Counted from the first letter of the stretch, positions 1 to 11,321 are shown. The stretch: 64,000 nucleotides of DNA from an uncultured Acidobacteriota bacterium (GCA_963796275.1 CAWCKY010000006.1:1856001-1920000); one strand, 5' to 3'. Numbers and translations are program-made. Notes: a model not told the origin generated them from the sequence alone.

Positions 1-2526
1 AGAAGATTGCAGTTTATATCCCTGCGTGCCCACATAACTCATCTCGAATACCGTCTTCCACCCGAGTTGACGCTGGAAGCCGAATGAAAAGCTGTGAACA
101 TATGGTATTTCAAAATTGGGATTGGAGTAACTGATGCTTTGTCCCAGAGATGTCTCCAGCCCACGGCTGGTCCCTGGAGGAATGAGAACTCCGTTCGGGA
201 AGAAACGGTTCAAATCGGCGATCGGCGTGCGACCCCCGTCTGTTGAAGCCACCAGCGGAGTCGTTATGCTGAAGCCCGCGCCGTGACCCTGGGGCGTAGG
301 GTTGAGATAAAAACGGCCGATTCCCCCGCGCACGACCGTCTTCTCGGTAAGACTGAATGCAAATCCGATACGCGGTTGGAAATTGTTCGTATCGAACTTC
401 CATGCCGTACCCGGGCTGTCATCGAGATTGAGGAACCGTAGACCTCCGTTGAGCTGGGTGTAGGTAGGGAATGTGGCTCCATCGATTCGCTGCGAGACGG
501 GATTTATTTGTGACGGATCGAAGATGTAGCTCCGCCTGTCGAACCGCTCCTTTACCGGAGTATTGAAATCCCACCGCGCGCCCAAATTGATGGTCAATCG
601 CGGATTAACCTTCCAATCAAACTGCGTCCAAGGCGCATAGTATTTCCACATATAGATCGGAGCGGCGTTGTAAACGATACTGCCGCCTGCAACCGCTCCG
701 AGCAGAAACGATGCGACCGTATGCCCGGTGGGATCATTGCCGTCGTTATAAATTCTTCTGGTGAAGTTACGGTTGAAATTTAGGCTGATGACATCTCCGC
801 TATTGTTGTTGCCATACTGCGTATATCTCATGTCCAAACCCGACCTGATAGTCAGGTTGCCGCGCATCCAGATGACGTTGGGCTGGAATGTGAAGCCATT
901 GGTCGGTTCAACGACAAATTGGCCGCGCCCCAATCGAACGTAACCGCTGCCGAGCTCGATTCTGGGAAATATTTTTGCCGGGGCTTGGTCCGCCAGAGAT
1001 TGGGGAAAGCCGAGCTCAGTCAGATTGAAATTCAGTCCGGCGCCCGTCGACGCGTCTTCGACAAAGCGATTGGCCGACGCGCGCATGTTGAGGACCAGAC
1101 TCGTATTGAATGTGTGTACCCAATCCACTACGCTGCTATGGTTGATGCGAATCAAGGGAAGCTGGCCATATTGCGCCGGTCCATCGGTAATGCCATTCTG
1201 GTGGCGCATCTCCGTGCGCTTGTTGTGACCATAACGGAAATAAACCTTATCGTTCTCGCTAATACGGCGATCGATCTTGAACGCCCAGTTGGTGAAATCG
1301 TCACGGGCCATATTCGGGATATCCGAGTAATTGTTGCGCCAGGGTTCCCCGCTTTTTGCATTCTGATTTGATTTGGGGTAGTAGAGCATCAATTTTTTGG
1401 CGAGAGGATGGATCATGTAATCCGGAATTATGTTGTTCTCGAACTGATCGCGCACCCACTGAGTCCCGACCATATGTGTCGTATACGGATTATATATCGG
1501 GATCAGGGCTCCAGTTGCGTCCGTCAGATTCCTGAAATCGCCGCGCAGGAACTCGTCGGTCGGAACGGTCCTGACCTCGGGGTTGGGTGATTGTTCGTTG
1601 TAATCTTCGAAGCTGAAGAGAAAAAAGGTCTTGTTACGTCCATTGTAGAGCTTGGGGATCCAAATGGGGCCGTTAATCTGAAATCCGTACTGGTCGAGCA
1701 GATGCGGTGCATCCGATAGCGTGCCGTCGATGTTTTGAAATTGACCGGCCGGTATGCCTCTGTAATTCGATACCAGGTAATTGGCATCCATAAAATTACG
1801 CCGGGCGAATTCGTAAACAGACCCATGAAACGAATTGCTGCCCGATTTGAGAGAGACGTTGATAACGCCGCCCGAAGTCCTTCCGTATTGAGCATCGTAG
1901 GCATTGGTTACAATCTTGAATTCCTGAACGGCATCGACCGGCGGCACCATACCGATGTTGTTTCCGCCACCGACCATTGCATTGTTGGGTGCGCCATCCA
2001 ACATAAACTCGTTATTCCGGCTGGGGGTTCCATTGAATGAGAATGTACCTACAGCACCGTTATCAAACGGACGCTGGTAGATATTGTCTCCATCGAAAGT
2101 AACGCCGGGCGTGAGGGCGGCCAGCATGAACGGGTTGCGGGCGTTGAGCGGTAATTCTGTGATAATGCTGTTGTCGATCACCGTCCCGCGATCGGCATTG
2201 CCCTGTTCCAGCAGGGGATCTTCCGCTGTAATATTGATGGTCTCATTCGCAGCGCCCAATTCAAGCTCTATATTGATAGTCGCAGTCTGCCCGACCTGCA
2301 GCCCCTGTTTGGAGCGCGTATATTTCTTGAATCCTATAGCTTCGACTGTAATCGAATAGGAGCCGGGATTGAGGAATGGCACAGTGTAGTTACCTGCGGT
2401 ATCGGTCCTTACTCTCACCACTTCATTCGTCCCTAGATTCGTTACCATTACCACTGCACCGGGAATCACGGCTTTATCAGGGTCAGTAACTTTACCATTG
2501 ACTACGGCGCGAAATTCCTGTGCGAA
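1..2526 (-). CDS. TonB-dependent receptor, Oar-like, with N-terminal carboxypeptidase-regulatory-like domain; 3' end runs off the window
   Basis: Hand translation from ATG 2526 (SD AGGAGG): signal peptide MKHLQLIVTCLLVYLIAQVAFAQ, then GKVTDPDKAVIPGA...GNYTVPFLNPGSYSITVEAIGF, ELPLNARNPF, DAVQEFKIVTNAYDAQYGRTSGGVINVSLKSGSNSFHGSVYEF. Missing from the ORF track because it has no stop in the window. Confidence 0.92.
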
Positions 2527-3130
2527 GGCGACTTGAGCGATTAAATAGACAAGTAGACATGTGACTATGAGTTGCAGGTGCTTCATTGGGTGATCCTCCT
2601 GATTCTTACATCAGAAACTATGACAATGCTGACCCTGATTGAACGCGGATAGTTGCTATGATTTGTTGAGCTCGTCTTGATGCCTACCGATTTGGGATAC
2701 GGCTATCGGCAAAGCTTGAGCTAACGCAATGGTGCGTACGAAGATTGGTAAAGCTCGAGCGCCTTCTACTCATGCAAGTAGAAACGCTGTAGATTTTTAA
2801 ATAGAAGCTGTGTGGGGTTTCATCCGGTAATTGATACGGCTATCTCCGGAAGTCGGCGGCATATTAGTCATTACTGAAAACAAAGTCAATCGGAAGATGC
2901 GTCATGGCGGTGAAATAGTTTACGACTCGCGCACTACGTCTTGTTTTACAGCTGATAATTTCAAGGTAAAACATCTACGAACCACCGGATGGGGAGCTTA
3001 GATGTATCCATGGAACACGCGACCGAGAAGCGATAAGCCCTGTAATATAGCAGTCGGCGCCACTGTTGAGCGTACGAGTCGTGGGGCGACGACGTCATTG
3101 AAAAAAAAGATACAACGATGGATTGCTGCT

Positions 3131-3174
3131 AATACCACCGACGGCAGTCAGCGGATCGTTAATTCCGACCTACA
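3131..3174 (+). repeat. REP-like palindrome (CCACCGACGGCAGTC.GYGG family), left copy
   Basis: aataccaccgacggcagtcagcggatcgttaa matches the reverse complement of 4014-4056 at 28 of the first 32 nt. Confidence 0.75.
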
Positions 3175-3314
3175 CCCTTACCCAGTCCTGTCCCATTGAA
3201 TATCCGCTGAAAACAGGCCAGTTATTTGAAGGGTGTGCAAATAAAATATATGGAATCAGTCGAGTGGAATTCAAAGGGCGAGTGCGTAAGTCTCATTCAC
3301 CGCAAAAGCGCGCA

Positions 3315-3743
3315 TTATGGCGCAACATCACCGTTACCGGGCCGAGCTGTGAGATATTTGTCGAAGACGTAGCATACGCCGATGCTGCAGGCAAACGCGA
3401 CGACGTCGTAGAGATCGAAGCGCCCTGCAAACACGCCTCCCGGCCAATAACGCTGGCTCACCTCAGTCAATGCACCCGCGAGGAATATCACGAGAGCCGC
3501 AGTCTCCGGGCGCGAACCAATTGTGCGATTGAGTACCGAAGCCCGGCCTGACCCAGGAAGATCGCGGGCAATTATGTAGAGCCACCCAGGTTGCGTGAGG
3601 TCGGCGCCATAGTTTGTGACGAAGCCCCCGCGAACCCGGTTCATCACTAAGGCGGCACATCCCAACCAAGCGGCAAGCAGCGCCCAGGAGGCGATCCGCC
3701 AGATGCGGGCATGTCGTTCGGGCTCAGCTATAGCTCGTTGCAT
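3315..3743 (-). CDS. hypothetical membrane protein with 3-4 hydrophobic segments
   Basis: 142-aa ORF with SD-like GAGGGA; hydrophobic helices and a GRFDLYDVVAF motif. Confidence 0.65.
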   Translation of the reverse strand: MQRAIAEPERHARIWRIASWALLAAWLGCAALVMNRVRGGFVTNYGADLTQPGWLYIIARDLPGSGRASVLNRTIGSRPETAALVIFLAGALTEVSQRYWPGGVFAGRFDLYDVVAFACSIGVCYVFDKYLTARPGNGDVAP

Positions 3744-3896
3744 TGATAGGTCCCTCTGTCAGAGGGGCGATAAAAAAACAACCGACCATATTTATAGCGC
3801 CCCCAAACTTTTCAAACTGAACTTTCAGCAATCGGGAAGGCAGATAACCTACGATCAACCCGGCGCTGAGCATCTTCTCATTCTATATCAGACCAC

Positions 3897-4016
3897 ATAG
3901 AGATTGGGACAATGGACCACGGATTTTCGCGGATGCGACGGATTAAACGCGGCTTTTTCCGCGGCGATCCGTTGCATCCGTATGTTCCGTGGTCGATCCT
4001 GGTGTCCCAAAGCTAT
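3897..4016. repeat. REP-like doublet (CCACGGATT...ATCCGT..CCGTGG) inside short inverted repeats
   Basis: Internal palindrome gaccacgga...tccgtggtc; outer ttgggaca/tgtcccaa. Confidence 0.65.
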
Positions 4017-4056
4017 GTTGGACCTTAACGATCCACCGACTGCCGTCGATGGGATT
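4014..4056 (-). repeat. REP-like palindrome, right copy inverted relative to 3131-3174
   Basis: ttaacgatccaccgactgccgtcgatgggatt. Confidence 0.75.
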
Positions 4057-4147
4057 TAGGAGTTGCATCTATAATTTAAAGACACATCGCTAGAGGTCTG
4101 GCAAAATTTTAAGGACCTCTTATTGGACTCATCAGATAGGGTCGCGG

Positions 4148-6218
4148 TTATTCGCATCTCAGAACGATCATCGGATCCACTTTCATTGCCCGTCGCGCTG
4201 GTATCCAGCAAGCCAGAAGAGTGATCAATACCAGCAATAACGCAACCAGGGTTATCGTCAGAGGGTCGGTCACGCTTACGCCAAACAACAGCGGTTTCAT
4301 CAGCTGCATCAGCGCTAGCGCCCCGCCCAACCCAATAAAAATACCGGCTAGCGCCAGCCCTAGTCCCTGTCCCACCACCAGCCTCAACACATCGCCGGGT
4401 TGCGCGCCCAACGCCATCCGAATACCGATCTCGTTCATACGCTGACTGATCGCATATGAAACCACACCATAAAGACCTACTGCAGCGAGCGTCAGTGCGA
4501 CGGCGGCAAAAATACTCAGCAGATACATCGTGAACCGCCGCTGGTTCAGTACTCCTCCAAGCACCTCATCCATGGTTCGGATGTTATATATCAAAGGCTC
4601 TCGGTCGAGTCTTCTAACTTCACTTCGTACTGCCGAAACCATGCTCATCGGGTTATCCTGAGCACGCACAAGGAGGGCCATCGAAGGCCAGGTGTGGGGC
4701 ACATAGATCGTTGGGTAACTCTCTTTTTCCATTGCCTCATGCTTGACGTCGGCGACCACACCAGCAATGGTCATCCAGGGCGTGAACGGACTCTGCGGGA
4801 GGCCCAAAGATATCTGCTGGCCGATCGGATATTGATCGCGGAAATATTGCCGCGCCAGCGATTGATTGATTAGCACCGCCTTCGGGTTGTCCTGCCTATC
4901 TTGTTCAGTGAGTGGCCGGCCGAGCACAAGTGGGATACCCATTGTCTCAATGTATCGGTCGCCAACATACAATATATTGGCATCCACTACCATCTCCGGT
5001 GGTGGCGCCGGACGCCCGGCGATATTGAAAACAATAGCACCGCGCCCACCGCTAAGCGGCAAATGACTGACCGCCGTGACTGATACGACCCCTGGCAGCC
5101 CGCGAACGTTCTCAATGAGTTGCTGGTAAAATAGTCACCAGGTGGTTGGCATCATATTTCGTTTGCGGCAGCGCGATTTGCAGCGTCAGCAAATTCTCCC
5201 GGTTGAACCCGGAATCAAGATTCATCAGCTGATGCAGGCTTTTGATGGTCAGGGCTGCACCGACCAGCAGGATCAAAGAGAGTGCCACTTCAGCCACCAC
5301 CAGGGCACGACGTAGTCGGAACCGCCCGCTACTCGCTCCACCAACGCGGTACCCTGATTTTAGAACTTCGTTCAGGTCGAGTCTCGAAAACTGGAGTGCT
5401 GGCACAAGACCGAAGAACACACCAGTCGCTAACGAGAGCAAAGCGGTAAAACCTAATACGCGTCCGTCAACGCCGATCTCGCTCAAGCGGGGAATGTCAT
5501 CCGGCCCGAGTCTCACAATTACATCAGTTCCCAAAAGTGCAAGCAGCCCTCCCGCTATACCACCCAACAATGCCAGAATAATACTTTCAGTAAGGAATTG
5601 ACGTATTAGTTGCGTCGCTGCCAGAGGCCGTAGCTGAGAATGGCAACACGCAGAGCGCCTCGACGCTCATCCTCTGGCAAGAAACCGCGTCCGAGGATGG
5701 GCCGAATACGCAGTGCAGTAAAGAAATCAGAGGTGACGGCAGCACCAGTCAGCAGTTCTGGTTCTTCCCCACTGGTGTAGCTGAAGCTTCGCCCGGTAGT
5801 TGCGGTTATTTGCTCAAAGCTCCGACTTTGATCTCGCCAGTCTACCAAGTCCGGGAGCGAAACCTCTTCGCGACCGATCTGTGGATGGGTACCCCGAATA
5901 ACGACTAGCCGGTCGGGGATCTTCATACGGGAGTGGACGAAACAGCACAGCATTGGCGACACTGAAGATCGTCGTATTCGCACCAATTCCGAGCGCAAGT
6001 ATTATCATCGAGACAACTGTGAACCCGGGATTATTTAATAACATTCTCACGCTATAGCGGAGGTCCAGCCACAAAGTGTCCAACCAACTGCCCCTCACCT
6101 CAAAGCCCTGTTCTTTAGCAGGCTTATCAATTTGGAACTGCGCTTCATCCGTTTGGTGAATCAGCCCGGTGCGTACAAGGTTGTGTACCCGATGGAACAA
6201 GCTCTTCAGCCATCTCAT
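4148..6218 (-). pseudogene. ADOP/MacB-FtsX-type duplicated ABC permease, frameshifted and internally deleted
   Basis: Four ORF fragments carry [26 protein letters not shown], ..YGLWQRR, ..LVVAEVALS.. and ..PARRAMKVDPMIVLRCE. Frameshifts near 5925 and 5130. Sequence jumps at about 5610 from WQRR directly to LIRQFLTES, so the region containing the ACANVANL motif is missing. Confidence 0.85.
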
Positions 6219-6404
6219 GATCAAAGCCCCCTTACGATCGTTTGCATTGCCTTGTTGATGACAAGCGCGCATCATTGCCAGCCATCTTCTTACCTATAGG
6301 TCGTACAAAGACTCACGGTTCTATTGAAAATCGGTTTTCGAGATCGATGATATCAGCATTGCGAGCGTACGCGATGAGAGTCCCAACAATTTCAAAAAAG
6401 CGGT

Positions 6405-6827
6405 TTATTGACATTCAGTAGGGTCATTTAAGCCCATGCCGAATTGCAGCGTGGCGGCAGGGATGAGTCTAATCCGGCGTTTCAACGCCGGCACCGGTAT
6501 CCATCCTCGCGTAGCGACGGCGTGAATGTAGCCGTGGGTTTCAACCTGGTTTCAACCCACGGTAGACACGTGAGATTGTCCCGCGTCGCGTCAGCGACGC
6601 TTGACTCAACCGTCGCTGACGCGACGCGGAGCGTTTTACTGGCTTTCCGTGCGTTAAAACGCACGGCTACATTCACGCCGTCGCTACGCGACGAAGAAGG
6701 TGGACATTTCGTGCGAAAGTTTGGGCAATGACAAGGCTTTGAAATGCCAGGCTAAATCCATAGCGTCGCGACGCGGCGGAAGCGAAAGAGGCAATCTTTG
6801 TAAAACCGATTGCCTGAAGCTCAATAG
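6405..6827 (-). mobile_element. MITE/REPIN-like element, copy 1
   Basis: Ends ttattgacattcag and ctgaagctcaatag; internal GTAGCCGTGGGTTTCAAC and CGTCGCGTAGCGACG palindromes; colinear reverse complement of 8647-9173. Confidence 0.7.
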
Positions 6828-6838
6828 TATTTTCATAT

Positions 6839-6932
6839 AATGGTCATCACACCCCTTCACGGTTCGTCGGACTAACTTTCGGGCTACCAGAGGTTACGCT
6901 TCGCACCACCTGGCAATTATCTGATGACCATT
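6839..6932. repeat. single REP-like hairpin bounded by perfect 11-bp inverted repeats
   Basis: aatggtcatca (6839-6849) and tgatgaccatt (6922-6932) around ccagaggttacgcttcgcaccacctgg. Confidence 0.55.
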
Positions 6933-6972
6933 TACAAGACGCCTTTTAAAACTCGTTCTCAGGGAAGTTTGG

Positions 6973-7728
6973 TTATAACCTTATGCCAAAGTGCTCGCGT
7001 AGCATCTCCGCAAACTCTTCTTCATCGGTCAATAATCGCTCTTGTCGTTCGCCATGTGTGGTTGTGATAAAGCGCAACTCCCTCAACGTCACGCGACCAT
7101 CAGGCGTGGCTATCGAACAAAGCCGCCCCTGCGTGAAATGTGATAGGGGTGATGTCTGGTGAAAGCGGCACATCTCTTCGTAATCTGAATACTTATATGG
7201 CTGCAAACCGAAACGATATTGAGTCTTCCATTCACTCTCCGCTCTATCGTCGCGCCATATCAGATTCAGGTATGTCCCATCCGGGTCGATTCGATAAATG
7301 CGGTCGCCCTGCCGATGCTCACCTTTTTTATCGAGCGATAGCGGCTCAAGGAATGAATCTCCGAACCCGACATCAACGAGCCAGCGCTCGTCCAGTGTGA
7401 TCATCAACGCCATATGATCGAAATCCGGTCCGAATCCTCCTTCTGCTCTCGTAACTCTGGCTGAAAGCAAATTAACATTGAACCCGAGCGCGCGCAGGAG
7501 CGCGGCGAACAGACCGTTTGCTTCATAACAGAAACCGCCACGACGATGCACGACGATTTTCTCGAACAGAGCGTCATCATCGAGCACGATCGGTTGCCTG
7601 GCATGAATGCTAAGATTCTCGAAGGGGACGGCCAAAAGGTGCGCAACTTGTAAATCCCGCAATGTCTCGGCTGTGGGAGTGAAAGAGCCATGATAGTTGA
7701 TGCGGTCAAGATAAGCCTTGATATTCAT
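6973..7728 (-). CDS. arylamine N-acetyltransferase family protein
   Basis: VPFENL, RRGGFCYE (catalytic Cys), DHMAL and LVDVGFG (His and Asp of the triad), SHF motifs. Confidence 0.95.
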   Translation of the reverse strand: MNIKAYLDRINYHGSFTPTAETLRDLQVAHLLAVPFENLSIHARQPIVLDDDALFEKIVVHRRGGFCYEANGLFAALLRALGFNVNLLSARVTRAEGGFGPDFDHMALMITLDERWLVDVGFGDSFLEPLSLDKKGEHRQGDRIYRIDPDGTYLNLIWRDDRAESEWKTQYRFGLQPYKYSDYEEMCRFHQTSPLSHFTQGRLCSIATPDGRVTLRELRFITTTHGERQERLLTDEEEFAEMLREHFGIRL

Positions 7729-7788
7729 ATGGACGCTCTTCTTAGACTGGTTATCTCAGCGGTTTTCAGATGAAACTGCATTACTAAT

Positions 7789-8427
7789 CTACTTATTATT
7801 ATGCGAGCCGGTCAAAGCGGTCATCGTGCCGAGCCCGAAATAAACGCTTCCAGCGAAATAGCGTTGAATTCGGAAGAACCTGGGATTACCGCGCAGCAGA
7901 TTTCCGATGCTTCCGGCCAGGAGCGCGTAAGTCGAATCGCTCAAGGTTCCCAATACGATCAATATTGCGCCCAGAAACAGGATCTGTCCCACCATCGAAC
8001 CGCGCTTCACATCGATAAATTGCGGCAGAAAAGCGAAGAAGAATAACGCGCTCTTCGGATTTAAAACATGAACCAAAATACCTTGATAAAAAGTGCGGCT
8101 TAAACTTTTCTCCTCGACCTTTTCTTTCTTTACAATCTCTTCCCGCGTCAACAACGTTTTAATACCGAGATAGACGAGATAGGCTGCGCCCACGTATTTC
8201 ACGATGTTAAAAGCCAGAGCCGATGATAAAAGTAACGCCGACACGCCGAAAGCGGCTGCGGCGATATGGAACAGCGTGCCTACTTGAATCCCCAGGCTCG
8301 ATACGATTCCAGCTTTGCGTCCCTGTTGAACGCTGCGGGTAATGATGTAGAGGGTGTTCGGCCCCGGCATTAACACTAAAATCAAGGCTGCGGTAATGAA
8401 TAGGGATAGCATCGACCAGTCCGGCAT
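7789..8427 (-). CDS. LysE/RhtB family amino-acid exporter
   Basis: PGPN near the N-terminus, GAAYLVYLG and LNPK motifs; ATG 8427 has SD TAAGGA. Confidence 0.93.
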   Translation of the reverse strand: MPDWSMLSLFITAALILVLMPGPNTLYIITRSVQQGRKAGIVSSLGIQVGTLFHIAAAAFGVSALLLSSALAFNIVKYVGAAYLVYLGIKTLLTREEIVKKEKVEEKSLSRTFYQGILVHVLNPKSALFFFAFLPQFIDVKRGSMVGQILFLGAILIVLGTLSDSTYALLAGSIGNLLRGNPRFFRIQRYFAGSVYFGLGTMTALTGSHNNK

Positions 8428-8646
8428 GTTTATTTCCTTATCTAATTTTAGAAGATTCACCACGTAAACTCCGAAAGATTACCAAGCAAAAAGAAACTGT
8501 AACACTCATATACCGTGAGACGCATCGATTCGCGTAGTGACGGTCGATTCACGATTGCTCAACCGTCGCTACGCGACTTGGGAAGTCATGAAATGCCGAC
8601 CCGCCCTTAATGGTCTTGAAAAAATAACCTGATGGTCCCTCTCCAC

Positions 8647-9173
8647 CTATTGAGCTTCAGGCGATAAAGTTTCACAAAGATTGCCTGCTTCGCTTTCGCC
8701 CGCGTAGCGGCGCTAAGAATGTAGCCCGTTTCAACGCCTTGTTATGCCCAAACTTTGGCACGAATTGCACACCTCCTCGTCGCGTAGCGACGGCGTGAAT
8801 GTAGCCGTGCGTTTTAACGCACGGAAAGCCAGTAAAAGGCTCCGCGTCGCGTCAGCGACGGTTGAATCAAGCGTCGCTGACGCGACGCGGGGACAATCTC
8901 ACGTGTCTACCGTGGGTTGAAACACGGCTACAATCAGCCGCCGCTAACGCGGCGAGGAAATGTGGCTTCCGTGAAAAGATATGGGTAACGACAGGTATTT
9001 ATCTCACGGAAAGACAGCCATTGGTTGAAACTGTTGAACCCCACGGCTACATTCACGCCGTCGCTACGCGACGCTGGATGGCGGTGCCGGCGTTGAAGCG
9101 CCGGATTAGACTCACCCTTGCCGCTACGCGGTAATTCGGGCTGGGCGTTAAACGACCAACTGAAGCTCGATAG
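8647..9173 (+). mobile_element. MITE/REPIN-like element, copy 2 (longer, nested)
   Basis: 14-bp terminal inverted repeats CTATTGAGCTTCAG and CTGAAGCTCGATAG (13/14); several GTAG-type REP palindromes; about 105 bp extra relative to copy 1. Confidence 0.72.
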
Positions 9174-9203
9174 ATGCCAGTAAAGTAGTGAATTTTCTAT
9201 TCT

Positions 9204-9674
9204 TTATTCATGTTGAATGGAGCCAGGCTGGTAATCACCAGGCAACACCCGGAAACCGATGCACAGGCGGTTCCATCCATTGATGGTGATGATGGCGACC
9301 GTCAGATTGACCAGCTCTTCTTCGCTGAAACGTTGAATAACTTCATTGTAAACCTCGTCCGGCACATGATCCTCGCTGACCATCGTGATCGATTCGGTCC
9401 AGGCCAGCGCGGCTCGTTCCCGGTCGCTGTAGAAAGGCGACTCCCGCCAGGCGCTCAGACAGTAAAGTCGTTGCTCAGTCTCGCCTGCCGCCCGCGCATC
9501 CTTGGTATGCATATCGAGGCAGAATGCGCAACCGTTGATCTGCGAAGCGCGCAATCGCACCAGTTCCAGCAGAGGTAGTTCGAGACGGGACGATTTTCTC
9601 ACATAACCCTCCAACGCCGACATCGCCCGGTACGCCCCCGGCGCAACTTTCATCGCATCAATTCGTTTCTGCAT
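9204..9674 (-). CDS. carboxymuconolactone decarboxylase/AhpD family protein
   Basis: ELVRLRASQINGCAFCLDMH, RERAALAWTE and INGWNR motifs. Confidence 0.93.
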   Translation of the reverse strand: MQKRIDAMKVAPGAYRAMSALEGYVRKSSRLELPLLELVRLRASQINGCAFCLDMHTKDARAAGETEQRLYCLSAWRESPFYSDRERAALAWTESITMVSEDHVPDEVYNEVIQRFSEEELVNLTVAIITINGWNRLCIGFRVLPGDYQPGSIQHE

Positions 9675-9753
9675 TTTCATCTCCTTCATTGAGCTTCTCA
9701 TTTTTATTTACGGCGCTTGCCGTTTCTTCGTGCCGGATACATCATAGCGATTT

Positions 9754-9800
9754 AGTGGACTTGCTGACAGCTCCATAATTTGTATGTTGACTGGTCCACT
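9754..9800. promoter_or_regulatory. putative MocR operator (inverted repeat AGTGGAC...GTCCACT)
   Basis: Perfect 7-bp inverted repeat in the gap between the divergent ahpD-like and mocR-like genes. Confidence 0.5.
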
Positions 9801-9809
9801 TTAGAAGGG

Positions 9810-11321
9810 ATGGCATTAGACAATTTGGGCAAAAAAGAGAGTTTTCAGGATCTGTCGCTGATGCAGCCACAGGATGGCAAAGAGAAATGGCGCTGGCTCT
9901 ATCGCGAATTGCGAACAGCCATCCTCGATGGCAGGCTCAAGCCGGGGAGCCGCATGCCATCGACGCGAAACCTGGCGGAGCAATACGATATCTCGCGCGG
10001 GACGGTGGTCGTCGCATTCGATCATCTGCGGAGCGAAGGTTATCTCGAGACCCAGGTCGGTGCGGGAACATTTGTTGCCTCGAACCTGCCCGACGACTCG
10101 CTGTCAGCGAAGCGGAGCAGGGAACGACTTTCCGATCGGAGCTCAAGGGCGAAACTTTCCAGACGCGGGAGGCTTGCCGGTGAAAATGTACCTGTGGCTC
10201 CGGTCTTTCACACCGTCGGAAGGGCCTTCCGCTCGTACGAGCCGGCCCTCGACCTCTTTCCAGTTGCCCTCTGGTCCCGTGTTGCCGGCAGGGTTCTACG
10301 GAATGCGCCGCGGAACCTTTACGGAAATGGAGATATCAAGGGATACCTGCCGCTCCGAAGAGCCATTGCTGAATATGTCGGAGCTGTGCGTGGGGTACGT
10401 TGCGATCCTGATCAGGTGATCATAACAACGGGGACTCAACCGGCGCTGGATCTCATCGCACGCATGGTTCTGGATCCCGGCGATTGTACTTGGATGGAGG
10501 ACCCGGGCTATCCGGGAACTGTCTACGCATTTCGCGGTGCCGGAGCGAAGCTCGTTCCTGTTCCGGTAGATCAAGAGGGGCTCGATGTGGAATGGGCGAA
10601 GCGGAGAGCGCCCGGGGCAAAATTAGCCTACGTAACGCCATCCAACCAGTTTCCGCTCGGAGTTTCGATGTCGCTCGCGCGGCGGCGAGCGCTGCTGGAC
10701 TGGGCGGAAGCGCGAGCGGCCTGGATCGTGGAAGATGACTTCGACTCTGAATACCGTTACTCGGGCCGCCCGCTCGCCGCGCTTCAAAGTCTGGACCAAT
10801 CCGGTTCCGTGATTTATGTCAGCACATTCACCAAGATACTCTTCAACGCGTTGAGGCTGGGGTTTATGGTGCTTCCGCCGCGGCTGGTCGAGCCTTTCGC
10901 CGCCGCCAGGAACTGCATCGATCGGCATCCCCCGACTCTCGATCAGGCAATACTCGCTGAATTTATCCTGGAAGGACACTTCGGTCATCACATTCGCCGC
11001 ATGCGTCAGGTCTATACGGAGCGCATGGCCGTGCTCGCCGAGGCTGCGGAGCACCGGCTGGGCGGACTGCTAGAAGTGGTGAAGGCGGTGACGGGTATGA
11101 GAACAGTAGCATGGCTGCAGACCGGAGAGGATGACCAGAGCGCACATGCGAGGGCGAGCGCGCAAGGTTTGGAACTCGCCGCGCTTTCATCATTCACTCT
11201 CCGCCATCCCGTGCGAAACGGGTTGATACTCGGGTTCGCCGGCTCCAGCCCGTCTGAACTGCGACGAGGTGTAAATGTCCTTGCGGCAGTGCTGGAACGC
11301 GGGAGGAAACTTCGCCCTTAA
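9810..11321 (+). CDS. MocR/GabR family regulator (GntR HTH plus PLP aminotransferase-like domain)
   Basis: LKPGSRMPSTRNLAEQYDISRGTV HTH; EDPGY, YVTPSNQFPLG, EDDFDSEY and STFTK motifs; start uncertain. Confidence 0.95.
   Translation: MALDNLGKKESFQDLSLMQPQDGKEKWRWLYRELRTAILDGRLKPGSRMPSTRNLAEQYDISRGTVVVAFDHLRSEGYLETQVGAGTFVASNLPDDSLSAKRSRERLSDRSSRAKLSRRGRLAGENVPVAPVFHTVGRAFRSYEPALDLFPVALWSRVAGRVLRNAPRNLYGNGDIKGYLPLRRAIAEYVGAVRGVRCDPDQVIITTGTQPALDLIARMVLDPGDCTWMEDPGYPGTVYAFRGAGAKLVPVPVDQEGLDVEWAKRRAPGAKLAYVTPSNQFPLGVSMSLARRRALLDWAEARAAWIVEDDFDSEYRYSGRPLAALQSLDQSGSVIYVSTFTKILFNALRLGFMVLPPRLVEPFAAARNCIDRHPPTLDQAILAEFILEGHFGHHIRRMRQVYTERMAVLAEAAEHRLGGLLEVVKAVTGMRTVAWLQTGEDDQSAHARASAQGLELAALSSFTLRHPVRNGLILGFAGSSPSELRRGVNVLAAVLERGRKLRP

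Noticed and set aside
110-2359. Short ORFs over the first 2.4 kb
   Set aside because: Antisense or off-frame shadows of the minus-strand TonB-dependent receptor.
6260-6390. A fourth sigma54/enhancer block upstream of the ADOP pseudogene
   Set aside because: TGGCA and GTCCCA are present, but the -12 element, IHF box and paired enhancer do not match well enough.
6444-6731. ORFs 6444-6731, 6482-6676 and 8862-9134 as genes
   Set aside because: They are translations of palindromic repeat DNA; their shared peptides come from the repeat.
6405-9173. CRISPR array
   Set aside because: Repeats are inverted, nested and irregularly spaced, with no unique equal-length spacers and no cas genes.
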